A DNA stretch of 64,000 nucleotides from Tubulanus polymorphus (Eukaryota > Animalia > Nemertea). The stretch spans positions 17,754,210 through 17,818,209 of the forward strand of contig NC_134030.1 of the NCBI RefSeq assembly GCF_964204645.1, in the 5' to 3' direction. Positions 10,931-25,699 of the stretch are shown in pieces. Below the pieces are notes generated by a model. The model saw nothing but the letters and a program-made list of their open reading frames with translations, did not search any database and had not been told where the DNA came from. How positions within the stretch are numbered: the first letter of the stretch is position 1; each line of letters begins with the position of its first letter. The translations under genes and the position numbers were made by a program.

Positions 10931-13170
10931 CTTTAAAAGCGGAATTGTATTTACGGATTATTCTGAACAAAGAAGTGTAAGCTGACACTTCTATGTTTTA
11001 AAGTAAGCTAGTATTGAACGGTAATGATAACGAAAATATCTGTATTCCTCGCATGCCACAGTAGAATAGCGGGGCTGTGTTAAATTAGAATCGTTCAGTG
11101 CTGCCCCTATGAATAACGATAGCGGAATTTCTGTGAACTAAAATAACAGCGCATACTTACCGCCGGAATATGAAATAAATAATGCACAGTTAAGATTTAT
11201 GTGTGATTTGCGATAAAGTTTAAAAGTCGAAAATTCGAGTTAAGAATGTCGAAGATTCTACTTAGAAAAAAAAATCTTATGGCCGCAAAAATACTCTTCC
11301 AAAACATGTTGTCAGTAGTGGTTGCTATAATGCTGACCGTGAACTATATAATATTGTAAACGTGTCTGTATAAAATACGATCAGTTACAACTACTGCTTT
11401 ACACGGCAGTTAGACTGGTTGCCTGTCCCATTCAATATGGAATTGAAGATAGAGACCGGTAACCAGTCTACATGGCAGTTCGTCTCGGGATATTTTCTCT
11501 GATCCGGCGACATCAGGTTCGAACCCCACTTTTCTTTGTTATCCGCGCACTTTGAAGATGACAAGGTTCAGATCTGATTGGATGCGCTCGCATTCATCAT
11601 TTTATTTACGTATATCCTTTTCGAAGCAAATTCATCCACAGAAAAGTAAGATAGATAACATTTAGAATCATAATTAACTTATTTTATTGAAAGTATAGTC
11701 TACTGATACAAACACTATGTATATTGTCGATCTTGATGAAAGATCGATGGAATTGTCACTCAAAATACTACCTAAAGCAGTGGAGACAAACACGTTTCAT
11801 TCTTGTTGAATTCCAAAAAATAGCTCGTTTTGAAACTTCATTTTTCACAAAGATTACATCATAATTCGTTGCCGTGGCAACAACTGGCGGGAATTAACCT
11901 ACATAACTAATGTCAGGTTAATGGTAGTTACAGTCACTGAGAATTACCTAAACTTTTACTAAAATCGCTTTATATATTATCGATTTATTACATGCATTTA
12001 TCGGACCGCGCACATTTAAACCGCAGTTTATACGCCCAGCATGACAGCAATCAGGTCCCGAAGAAGTGAGGAAGGTGTGAAGTCCACTAATTTAGTATCC
12101 GTTGATTTAGTCAGCACTGATTGACAGCAATCAGGTCCTGAGGAAGAAGAGCTGGATCTGAAATAAAAACGTAATGATCGCAATTAGAACTTTTAATCTT
12201 TTTCGATACATGTAACACATTATTTTCTGGTCATCACCGATTTATTTCTGTACATTTTAATATCTGTTATATCCAGTATTAAACGTCTATCCGGTCGGGT
12301 TGGTTTCGTCAGTTCGTATTGGCAGCATCCAGATCCTGAAGAAAGAAGAGAAAATCTGAAAAAATTGCAAATATCACCATCAGAATGTGACTCGATACAA
12401 TGTACAATTTGATATGTTATATACAGCATTAAAACACAACAAATCTACTTACCACAAATCTACTTCTTTGGTGCACCATGGATTATTTAGAAATGGCCTC
12501 GAGTCAACACTCACGGTTTAGTCAGCCTCGCTGTATTGACAGCAATCAGGTCCTGATGATGAGAAAGGTGAGGATTGACTGATCTGAAAAAGAAACGTAA
12601 GTATTAATACTGCATCGTTTAGTACTGAACTGGTTCAAGTCAAATCGATAAATTGCTTGCTTTCAAAACAGAGGGGAAAATATGTTTAGCAGAAGACGAT
12701 CTGTAACATGTGCATGTAGTAGAAATTAAAACCTAGAAGAGAGGTTATTACTAACACATGTAGTAGAAATTAAAACCGGAATAACTCACCTTTATCAAGG
12801 TACATCTTGCATGTAGTTGATCTTACTTATTCAAAAGAGGTAAGTATAAATATTTTGTCTGATTTTGCAGAAGATGAACAAACACCTCTAGATGTGAAGA
12901 CATACATACCGGTGGTAAAACAGATCTATGGTACAATCTACACCCAGTCCTGGCGGTGTGGTTGTCTCCACAATTATTTGCGTCGCTCTACAATCCTAGT
13001 GCAACCAACACTGCGCAGTAACCTCAGATACTAAGGTTCTTGGCGAATGGTACAGCGCCACGAAAAACACTAATGGTCGAAGTGTCGCATTTCATTGGGA
13101 TCAGTAAACTTACATTACTTAACTGTTATAATGCATCTTCGCTCTATAAACAACACTGCAATCAATCCAA

Positions 13171-13338
13171 GCTCTCTCGCTCTCTCGCTCTCTCCCTCTC
13201 TCCCTCTCTCCCTCTCTCCCTCCCTCCATCCCTCCCTCTCCCTCCCTCTCCCTCCCTCCCTCCCTCTCCCTCCCTCTCTCCCTCTCTCCCTCCCTCCCTC
13301 CCTCTCTCCCTCCCTCCCTCCCTCCTCCCTCCCTCCCT
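13171..13338. repeat. CT-rich (CCCT/CT)n simple repeat
   Basis: Direct reading. Confidence 0.95.
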
Positions 13339-13489
13339 GCATCAATACAGTTATAGATAGTAAGATTCAGTTAAGAGAAGTTTAAGTATATCCCCCTAAG
13401 ACCTACCACTGATAATTTTGCAAAAAGCAATTTCAATTAGATTTATTTTTCTCGCCATAATTACAAACTATATTTCATCTACGGTACAA

Positions 13490-13790
13490 TAATTCAGTAA
13501 CACTGTATTTCAGCTATACTATAATTCAGTTACACTGTATTTCATCTACACTAATACAGTTACAATGTATTTCAGCTACACTAATGCAGTTTCACTGTAT
13601 TTCAGCTATACTATAATTCAGTTACACTGTATTTCATCTACACTAATACAGTTACAATGTATTTCAGCTACACTAATGCAGTTACAATGTATTTCAGCTA
13701 CACTAATGCAGTTTCACTGTATTTCAGCTATACTAATACAGTTACAATGTATTTCAGCTACACTATAATTCAGTTACATTTTATATTTCA
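13490..13790. repeat. ~29-30-bp minisatellite (CAGTTACACTGTATTTCAGCTACACTAAT)
   Basis: About 10 tandem copies. Confidence 0.92.
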
Positions 13791-14625
13791 GTAGTCAGCT
13801 TAGCGCATTTCAGTCATACAAAAAAAATCTGAACCTCCACAGACTGAAGGACCAGCGTAAAAATAGATTAGACGCGGAAAACGAGAAATGTGTAATTCTT
13901 TTCTTTTTTACAAGTGATGAAAGCAGAAAATATCTTTTAAGATTAATAGTGCAGAAATAAAACATTCAATTAAATAACAAAAATTACAATGGTTTTATTC
14001 AAAAACATATTCATCTCCTTTCGATGAATTTCTTTTTCTTTTCGTATAAAATCTCACTTGATTCAACCATATAAAAATTAGTATACAGCATCAATCAGTA
14101 ATTGGGGTGGGAGGTGTGGTTGGTGTGGGAGGTGTGGTGCGAGGGAGAAATGATAGTACACCAAACTATCACCGTCAGTCAATATACAGAAATTGCATAC
14201 ACAATCTTAATATTAGATTACGAATTATTTTCGAATATTTCCCATTTTTTAAGTTATCAAGTTGAGAATTTTCTGATATTGATTTAATCAATATCAACGT
14301 TGTATGCTGCATCCAATCGCTATCAAGTTTGAAACGTCTGGCAAGGGAGGGGTGATATGGACTTTATGTGGACAGGGAGAGGGGGTCGAATTTTCCATAT
14401 TTTGTCTTTTATGAAAGAAATGCGTAAAATTACAGTATCGAATGAACTGTTAAACTTGATGTTAATCAAACTGATATAATTATTATGATTGGGCAGTTGT
14501 ATTATGTAGTTTCACGACCGGTTCAATTTCTGGCTCAGTGTGTCATGTATTTGAGAAATACAGTGTGATATCAGAAGTGCTCCGATCCCTTTCCTTCTGT
14601 TCCGTTGCGTTCTGTTCCATTCTGT

Positions 14626-17305
14626 TTAATGTACTCTCATTCTTTTCTCGAGTTTCTTATCTTTTGATTTGATGTAATCTTTTATCGCAGCGCGCTCGCT
14701 GGATACGCCACTGATACCCAGCTCAGAAAGGTGCGGAAGATTTTCGATTAATTCGACGAATAAACTGGCATCGTTCTGTGTATGAAAGCTCGCGTTGAAA
14801 AGGCGGAACTCTAACCTACGAATCGATGAGACGTGTTTAAGTTGTCGTAAGATAGCATAATGCTGTTCCTTGCTACTAAGATAGCTGTAAATGGTGATTT
14901 TTCGCAGCTGATTTACCGCGTCTGTTGATAGATACCGAACAAATGCATGGACATCATCTTCTTAATGCAAATCTATTGATAATAATGTCAGCCGCGGCGG
15001 ATGAGCTAGAATGCGGTTCATTTGTGAACTAGATCCTTCAGTGACAAGGCGCTTTAGTTTCGGCATTGAACCGACGCTATCGCAGATTTCTGACGATTGA
15101 TCTGTCGTTAGTTTGTTCAGTTCGAGCCGAATTGTTTCGATATCTGAACTTTTTGAGGCGCTATTAAAATTTTTCAGTTCTTCGCTTGTCAAATTTTCAT
15201 TGAATGATCCGTAGAGTTCTAAGATTTTCAAGTACAGAATCAAGTTTGTCAGCTCTCTGTATATATTTGTACCTTTACTAGGCGGTACGCGGAGATATAG
15301 ATGCTTCAGGAATGGATAGGATTTCTGAATGTTGTCTAAAAGTTTCGCACTAACCGCTGTATCGATAAATTGAATTTCTTCTTTGTTTTGCGTTGATGAA
15401 TCACGACTGATCAACTGATCTTCGGATGTGATCACTCGACTCGTTTCAATCCATTCAGACTTGCGTTTCTTTTAACATACACCAATGTGGTGTTTATCTA
15501 TACCCACAAACCAGTTCATACTGTCGCTCTCCTGACACAAAGTCAAGTACTGATTATATTTGTCCGTTGACGGTGAACTATACTGAGCCCGGATTACCAT
15601 ACCCTGAAGACTGGTGTTACTCGCTATGGCGGTTTCTAATGCGTAGAATTCGTCATGTTTGGAAATATTCGTTATGCAAACTACCTCGATCGGGCATTGT
15701 TTGTGTTCGAGTTTTTTTGCGAGTACATGTAGTACGTTTATATGCACGTCGCTACTTATTCGTACAATCAACATTTTTCTTATGTAGTGAACTATTTCAC
15801 TAATGGCGTCATACAGACAGTCGGCTTCATTCATGTAGATTGACAACTGATCAGATAACCAATAGCTTTCAGATTTGAGTTCGATGTAGCGTTCGTAATA
15901 GGGAAGGGCCGCCATCTGGAAACTTTTTTTATCGTTGAATATATCCTCGAAACCTTCCTCATCTATTGTGACTGCTTTTAAATTTTCATCTATCACAGTC
16001 TTGAAAAGTTCACCGAGGCCGCGGTTATTCTTGTAACGATGCAGCAGCCTTGCCATGAATATCGGGTAAAATTCACCATATTTCACAAGTTCGTCCGGTA
16101 GTCCATCAAACGCGCATTTGTTCCAAGGTATTTCACCACTGTTGTTGAATTGCACGACCGAGTGGACCGCCGCCAGAAATTCTTGCACAGATTTGTGTAT
16201 GAATTGAACCTGGATGGAGCTGTCTGATTTCCGTCGCGGCGACACATCTTTGCACGTCAAAGCCGTCATCTTCAATACGTCGGGTTTGAAACGATTTTCG
16301 GTGAAGCTGGTTTCATGCCTGATGAGCGTCTCATAAGCAACTTTACACCTTTCTTGAAATGCTTTCGAATTTTCGAAGTCATCGAAAAAATATTCCGACG
16401 ACAAGTCGAAACCCTTGCGTTTACTGGTCAGAAAACATGTCAAATCGATGTAGATATCGGCGAGTTTAGGAGGTATCGAAATTATGTCCTCGTCCTATTT
16501 CATATACACAAAACGAAACATATTAAGTATCAGTGGGTTGTAGAAGCTACTTCTAAATAAAGGCGGCGCTGCGTTTTTGAGCTTGATGAATACCTCATTT
16601 GCATCACTTGCATCGCACTTGGGGGTTGTTCTCTTTATGAGATCGATGACTTCTTCATGTTTGAAACCGGATATCGATACGACAGTGAATTTTGGATCGT
16701 TGACGATATCGGTGTCGCCGGACTCACGTGTTGTTATGACGATATGCGCTTTCTGTATTTCATAGGTCACGCGTATGATGTCTTTCTTCACTTCATCGTT
16801 TTTCAACTCGTCGAAGCCGTCTAGCAAGAATATCGCCTTTTCTGCATTTCCTCTACGAATTCTGTAATACCACCAAATGGCATATTCTTTTTGATTTCTC
16901 GATTCAAAAAATGTTTGTAAATGTACGTAAAAATACATGCGTTATCAGCGGGCAGAGCATTTAACGGTATATGGAATAACACAGGGAACTTCTTGAGAAA
17001 CGGTGACCGCTCCCATGACAACACTTGATTTATTATCTGCGTTGTTTTACCAATACCGGGTCGAACTACGAGGCACACATGCTTCTGGTCATGAGAGAAA
17101 AGCTTCTCGAAATCACCGGGTAAAATCAATGATTGTTCCTCACTTTCTTCATTCCTCTGTTTTCGGAGTCGAATTTTCGCGTGTTCTTTGGTGAAGATAT
17201 CGTTGAAATTGTTGAATTTATCGCTCCACCAAATCTCTTTGTAATATTCAACATCGATCATTCGTTTATACGTTTCTTTCAGACATTTCTGAATTTTAGC
17301 AACAT
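14626..17305 (-). pseudogene. NACHT-LRR (NLR-like) immune receptor pseudogene, single large exon
   Basis: Acceptor TTTTTTACAG| at 17305. Walker A VRPGIGKTT, Walker B IFLLDGFDE, sensor-1 IVITTR, NPL motif, winged-helix FIHKSVQEFLAA, and a degenerate LRR C-terminus. Frameshift at ~16845; in-frame stops at 16495, 15472 and 14962; final TAA at 14626. Confidence 0.88.
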
Positions 17306-17689
17306 CTGTAAAAAATAAAAACAGTTTCAGATTTTTGGGGAGATTTCTATTGTGGCTGATTTGGGCCACAAAAATTCAAATCGATTAAGAAAAACAAAAT
17401 GCTAAAACAAAATATATATTTCAGCGCGTTCTAAAAACTCAAACTAAAAATCTTATTTTAGCACTCACTGAAAAGACTTATATGTCCTGGAATCAACTAG
17501 TTGATTTAAGCAAGTCAATTTTTAAATCATTTTTTCTGACAAAAAACACATTTTTGTCCGGAACAAGGCCCTCAAATTCTGAATTGCTCTTTTCGTTTTT
17601 CATCAGCCGAGTGAAAGTTCCAGTTATGCGTGAAATACGACGCCTAATTTAGGTAATACAATTTTTTTCTTATGATGATGGGTCCTAAG

Positions 17690-18826
17690 GGAATAAAACA
17701 ATGTCCGAAAGATCAAGGATATCGATCGAAGGACCTTCAAAATTTCCCTTATAAACAGCAGAAAATTATGTTTTGTGCTTTTTGGTGGAGGGTGAAAACT
17801 TAAAACCCAATGACCTTTAAACTCACTACAATCAAAGAAGATGTCGTAAACTACAATTTTGTAATTGATTATGGTAACAAAATATGCCGAGGTACTGATA
17901 TGATAAGGAAATACTAAGTTATTCTAATATTCAATGCCCCCTGGTGACCATTCAGAATAACTAATGACCTTGAAACTCATCACAATTATTGACAATGTCT
18001 TATGCTACAACTTTGCAATTGATTGTGGTAACAAAATATGCATAGGTACAAATTTGATATCGAAATACTAAGTTAATATATCATTCAACACCTCATGGTG
18101 GCCATGTACAAACACCAATGACCTTGAAACTTACGACAATGATAGAACATATTATGAGCTACAACTTTGCAATTGATTGTGGTAACAAAATATGCTTACA
18201 TATCAATATAATGCGGAAAAACCTTTTTCCACCTACGAATGAGTACTGGTGACACCAAGATGGCCGCCAATTGCGTGATAATTGGCTAATTAAAAATAAC
18301 TGTCTCAGCTATTAAAGATCCCTGTCCATAGAATCGCCACCACAATATTCAATGAAAAATGGCAAACCAGTAAGTAGGGAGCTACAGGACTCAGAATTCT
18401 GGCCAAAATTGACATTTTTGGGCACAAAAAAGGTCATAGGACGGCCATCTTGAGTCCGATCGACCCAATTTTTCTTATGCTGATGAACCCTTGGAAGATA
18501 CAAATACATACAAAAGATCATTGTAATTGATCAAAGCGTCTTCAAAATTTCCCTCGAAAACTTGAAAAATGAGTAAAAAATGCTGATTTTGGCGAACAAC
18601 AATGGCTGCCAGTCGCCCATCTTGATTCTGACAGGGCAAGTTTTTGGGCTGAAGATGTGTCTAGGGTAGATACATATGTAAACCAAATATCAAGATATAA
18701 CATCGAAGCGTCTTAAAAACTTCCCAAAATAACTGGATTCCGTCTACAGACGAACGGACCTACGTGCGGATGAGGGACGATAACTGAACGCAATAGCCCA
18801 CTGGGGTCCCAAGTGGGCTAAAAATA
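17690..18826 (+). mobile_element. Second copy of HINE/Helentron-like element
   Basis: Collinear with ~290-1668, including the ~155-bp units, CAAGATGGCCGCC and the 3' hairpin GCCCACTGGGG..CCCAAGTGGGC. Confidence 0.7.
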
Positions 18827-19049
18827 TTGACTTGTCCTGAATCAGCCATCATTGCAAGTTTAAATTAAGAATATAGCTGCAAAGCAGCGATAACGGGTTT
18901 TCTGCACAGTCTTTGAATCCTGTTCAATGGTTAACACAGTTTTATAAGAGGAAGCTCGACAAACAGTCAATTAGGCCTTCTTGAAACCATGGACAACTGG
19001 ACTTGATGTCCTATTTGACTCTGGAAAATCGACTGTTAGGCGATAATTA

Positions 19050-19270
19050 CTCTTTATGATTTCGACAACATCAGCCATTACTAAACAAGGCTATTAGGAA
19101 ACAGTATCAATGATAGGTTGCCGAAATGGCTCAGCATTATCTCTGAACGAAAACTTGTAGCCGAAATCAACGGAACGCCTCATCTTGGAATAAGTCGGTC
19201 TAACTAGTGGAGTCACGCAAGGAAGTATCCTAAGTCGTCTTCTGTTTAATGTCCTGACAAAAGACATACA
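19050..19270 (+). mobile_element. Decayed LINE (CR1/L2-like) RT fragment
   Basis: SGVTQGSILSRLLFNV at ~19206 resembles the RT motif SGVPQGSILGPLLF. Confidence 0.5.
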
Positions 19271-19551
19271 CAGTACCGGTAATCCAAAATATACCAGACC
19301 GAGTAAATTTCCAAAACGACCTTAACACGCTGTTCGACCAAAAAACTTAATGTTCCGACGAGAAAATCTTGTTCAAATGAAAACAATTCTGTTTGATCGA
19401 ACAATACACTTTTCGTTTGAACCAAAACTTTCTTCATTCTGACAAAAAAATGTGTTCAAATGAAAAGCTGTTATTGTTGAAATGAAAAACTTTTTGTCCC
19501 GGTAAAAAAATTTGGTTGAGCGAAAACAATTTTTTACGAACGAATGTTTGA

Positions 19552-19764
19552 ATGAAAACAATTGGTTTATTAGATATTTTACCATTGAAAAATGTCAAAC
19601 AATTTGGAACTCAAATAAGTTATAATTTAACGGAATGTGATTTTAAACCTTGCATTCCACATTTCAATAATTTCAAATTAGAAATAAGAAATCATAATGG
19701 TTATTTAATTGATTTGAATAACTTTCCTGTGATATATGAATTAGTTATAAGATGTAAAGAGTAA
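19552..19764 (+). mobile_element. Polinton/adintovirus-like minor capsid (penton) C-terminal fragment
   Basis: LLDILP...DFKP...FNNFKLEIRNHNGYLIDLNNFPVIYELVI resembles the penton C-terminal pattern I.I.I.D..G..IDFNG..V...L.I (recalled, not searched). Followed by TATATAAATG. Confidence 0.55.
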
Positions 19765-20127
19765 TTTTTTCACTATATAAATGAATATAACTGTTTTCTG
19801 TTCGATTGAACGAAATACTTAATACTTTTTTTTCGGAGAAAAAACGTTTTACAATATACTTGTTCGAACGAAAAACTTAATGTTCTGACAAGAAAATTCT
19901 GTGCAAATTAAAACGATTCTGTTCGAACGAACGATTGTTCCAACGAAAAACCTTTCGTTTTGGACAAAAAAAAGTTTGTTCAACTTTGTTCTGACGTTTT
20001 TTTCGAATTGGTTCAATCGAACAGAATATTATTGGTTGGAACGAAATAAATTTTGTTCCGAAAAAGAATTTTCAAGCGAAAGGTCTTTTGAACGAAAAAA
20101 AAAGATATTTCTGGGGCTCTGCAGTAA

Positions 20128-20462
20128 CTTAAAGCCGGACATAGGTCAGCCTTGTGACGCCATGCGATCCTTGCGTTGCATCGCAAGTTTCGTTGCAAGT
20201 CGGTTGCGATACGATTGTCAGCGACTGTGTGCGACTAGTTTCTGCCAGTCGCAAGAGCCCGTCGGACAGTTGTGACAGTCGTGTCACGTCGCAGAAAGTA
20301 GAACACGTGCGACTCTTTGTGACTGGCGTTGCTGAAAGTCGCAACCTGTCGCAGGGAGAATAGGTCGATGAGTCGTTCGACACAATCGTCGCTGGCGGTC
20401 GCAGTGATTGGTGTCGCAGTGAATCACAAGCCGTCGCAATGACGACCTACGCCCTGCTTAAG
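20128..20462. mobile_element. MITE rich in GTCGCA/TGCGAC subrepeats
   Basis: Imperfect TIR TTAAAGCCGGACATAGGTC ... GACCTACGCCCTGCTTAA. Confidence 0.6.
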
Positions 20463-22699
20463 TCATTAGGAATTAATGAAATGCAAGTTTCATTTATGAT
20501 GAACAACTCAAATGAAAAGTCTGGCTTATAAAGCTGTCTGCTCAGACGAAATTTTCAAAAAAATCTTCATTTTTGGCAATAAAAATTGATAATTGTGATT
20601 GATCGTTGCAAGTTACAACCAGTTAATCACTTATTAACGTGCATTTTAATAAATCTGATTCCTCCTTTACAGTGAACTTGGCTTTAACCTAATAGAGGCT
20701 ACTAGCCTATGTAGGCCTATGTATATGCGTAGGCCTAACATCCGGACAGACTGGTCGTAGGCCTATTGAATAACAACCCACCTAAATATCGTAAATTTAG
20801 TTTTGAAGTTCAATCCAATGAGTCCGTTAATAAACGCAACAATTATACTGTGTTTGTTTGAGACAGTAAAGCTCATTATCGGTAGGCCTAAAGCCGCGTA
20901 AAACTCGATAAACACTTCAAGCGACACAGCGAACGATCTCCTTTCCCCCACAGCGAACGCTTACTCCGAATGTCAAGTGTGAGTCCAGCATACGGAAAGG
21001 AGTGTGTTATATACTTGTTTTTAGTAAATTCCTTGTGCATTTGACAATGATCGGTATGTACTGTAGGAAATATAGAGTATTGATGGTATTGATATAGAGT
21101 TTGAAGCCCGCGGCCGAATAAAGTAATATATTCTTTTATTTTGATACCTCGTCGACATAACAGCTTTTCTCCGCTATATCTCTTCGACGTGTTTAGTTTA
21201 GGCCTACGATTCCCCGGTACACTAAAGATTTATCTTAGTAAATACACGGTTAATTTGGTAAAGAAAAATAGGTATTGTTAAACTAACTCCTTGAAACCCG
21301 CAGCCAAATCACTGGTAGTAATATATTAATTTGTACTCGATTTGATTCTCACGATGAGGAGAAACTCGCAGCTGATCTCCGGAACGACGATGTAGTGACA
21401 CACGTCGATTCGTCGATGTTTACGGCTCGACAGTGCTTTTAAAATCTAAAGTAGTAAATTTCCAGTGTATCGGTAATATGATTTGATGAGGAAAATGGGC
21501 TATTGTTAAATTTACTGTTTGATGACCGCGGCTGAATGTGAAGTCTGCGGCAATAAATTAGTTCATTTATACTTGAATTGATAATCGGAGTGACAATCGG
21601 CCTGCGGGTTGAAAAACATGTCGCCCCATTGAATGGGGCTAAATTTTCGATGTTTACGGCCCGACAGTGCTTTTGTAACGATGATTCGTGAAAAAAACAC
21701 GCGGAGTATTTGTGTAGATCTCAGTGAGCTGAACGATATCATACGGATTGTATCGAAAACAGCGGCAAGGTAACAAAGCCTTAGTTCTTTTAGTGAAAAT
21801 AGTGTGACATAAAATAATAATAAGAAACACGCGAATCTCAATAGGGTTTTCTGTGATGTAACAGAAAACCCTAATTATGGCTGATCCGATTCTGAGTCAC
21901 TCCGGCTTTATGTCCTATATTTCATATATTTCAATTATCACAAATGTTATACACATTCATTAAATACTACCAGATTAAATTCACATTTCCAAGCTCCAGA
22001 TATTCATCTTACAAAACAACAAAAAGAACGAGTCTATATACTATGCACTATGCACTGAGCGAAGTTTGTATGAGTCGTGGTGGCAGATAATTATACAACA
22101 GTTAGTTGCATGAACAAAGGAATAATTGCCTGATCATGTACACATGGCCCTATAGGCACGAAACTACAATAATATGATACTAATTAGGCCCAAAGCATTA
22201 CGTTACTTTGAATTTCCACTATACTCTATGTTTTTATTCAACAAAAAATGTAATATGTCTTCGACTGAATGTTTTGATAGAAATTGAGCTGAAAATACAC
22301 ACAATTCTCATTTTTGAGTTGCATTAGAACTTTGAATTTACTAGTTCTTTTTAAACCGCACAGTCTATTCAGAAACGCATAGAGTTTAGAAGAGTTTAAT
22401 TGTTTTTTTAAAGCATTGAATGTTCTTTTCCCTGCCGTCTCTCCATAAAACCTAGTCGATGTCTCAGACTAGCAAATCAAGTTATTCAGTCTCTACATAT
22501 TATTATCACACGTTAAAGGCGTTCACCACACACTTTAAACAAACGACGTTTTAAATCTTAAAGGACGAATTAAAATAAAGGTTCATTAATTTTGAAAATG
22601 TATCAATTCTAAATGTTTGATCATACGGAACATTCAATTCAATTATGCTGACGATTTCGAAAAAATTCCATTCGTTCAATTAAAAATAATTCTTTATTG

Positions 22700-23170
22700 T
22701 TCTTGTTTTTTTTTTAATGAAAACTGCTCCAATAATTACACATTTATACAAATAATTATTTCCAAATTCACTGAGTCACCTGACGTCGGCGAAACAACTA
22801 CCGTACATGCAATGTTCAATGAGGCATGGAGATAAACCTCCTCGGCCCTCAATGCGCATTCATTACGTTGAGGATATTGTGAGGAAAATATTCGCGGGTT
22901 AACACCCAAGACGAATAGTTAGCAAACATTTAAATTGAACAATTAAACATCCAAAGATGCCCGTACCCAGGGGAGCGTTGGGTGCGAACGTACCACTCTC
23001 TCCCACAAAATATGTCAGAGAAGATTTCTTGATATCACGTCTCTCTTCTCTTGTTTTATATGAAATATTCACTAAGATCTGGCCAGAAATGCATCTAAAA
23101 CATTTCCATTTTCAAGGGCTTCGCGTCTGCGGCGTTCGCAGGCGCCATCCAACGCAATCAAATAAGTACC
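22700..23170 (+). repeat. Dispersed repeat, homologous to ~36810-37480
   Basis: Shared TGCTCCAATAATTACACATTTATACAAA...GTTAACACCCAAGACGAATAG...CCATCCAACGCAATCAAATAAG. Confidence 0.8.
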
Positions 23171-23719
23171 ACCTAGCTCTCTTAATACGCATCCAGGAAG
23201 AAAGCCACTAAATATTTAGATGGATATATGAAAGCTGTGGGTACTGGAGTGTGTAATGGGTAGTGTAGTGTGATCTGTGTGCATTTTGGTGGCCAGCACA
23301 CAGATCACATTGTTCATTGGGGTTTAGTCCAGGACTCGCGAGATTTTCAACAACACGGAAGTAACGTGTAATAAATGATGACTTGAATTGCATGACTACC
23401 TACCACCCCTCATTATTGTTGGAAAACTAAACGTTCCGCACTGACTAAAAATTAGTAATAATCAATAACATTTTAGAAATGGCCAGAATTTTAACTTCTA
23501 TCTCATTTTTATTTTACAATTGCGATTGGTATAATGTTTTTTTTAAACGGCCGTTAAGGCTTCATGTTTCGTCTGCAATTCACTGCAAATAGTTACTCAA
23601 CTACGCACATTTCAGTGTTTTTAACTTATTGCACAGAGTGCAGTGTTCTTCCGTGTGAGCCGTGCATATAGCTTTAGAGAAGGAAATGGAAAGATAAGAC
23701 TTAGCCAAATGGAAGGATA

Positions 23720-25096
<1,377 letters not shown>

Positions 25097-25699
25097 GAAA
25101 TATGTGAGATATGACGACTTTATTCATAATAATTTGGATTTTTGTTCAGTTTTCTATTCTCTTGCCGGTTTCTTTTTTTCTTTTCGTTTTGTAACATTCA
25201 TTATATTTCTTCCCTACTGCTATATCATAACAACTTATGAATATACATTTAAATTATGTGATTTTTGTCATAGAAAACGGGGAGGCAATCGATTTAAATC
25301 CCACCACGTCAGCAGAAGCTACACCGACCGTTTTGTACGGAAAAAGCCCAGATGTTACGAAAGCACAAAAGCATCTCCATGCGTATTCAAATTGACCAGC
25401 TCGCTCCAATTCTTTTATCCCAGATGCCAACGTTGAACTTGAGGACATGTCCGGGTAATGGCGAAATGCCAACACCATGCACATCTGCATATTAGATACC
25501 ACGGACTTTTCTAACAGGCCGACATGATGATGTATGACGGCACAGCCGGGCGGTTTTGAGAGCATGATAATGTAACAGCGTGACGGATTTGAATGAAACA
25601 CGCGCGTCGCGGAAAGCGTGTCTCTCCACGTGTGACGCGCATACAGGTCACTACCATATGAGCGTGGATGTTTCTGTAAACTTGCATTAAGAATTCGCT

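Noticed and set aside
13040-13768. Pro/Ser/Leu-rich, Gly/Arg/Glu-rich and LQCISATL ORFs
   Set aside because: Simple repeat and minisatellite translations
14962-16497. Stop-codon reassignment or readthrough explaining the in-frame TAA/TAG in the NLR
   Set aside because: A frameshift is also present and intact genes here end in TAG/TAA; pseudogenisation is simpler
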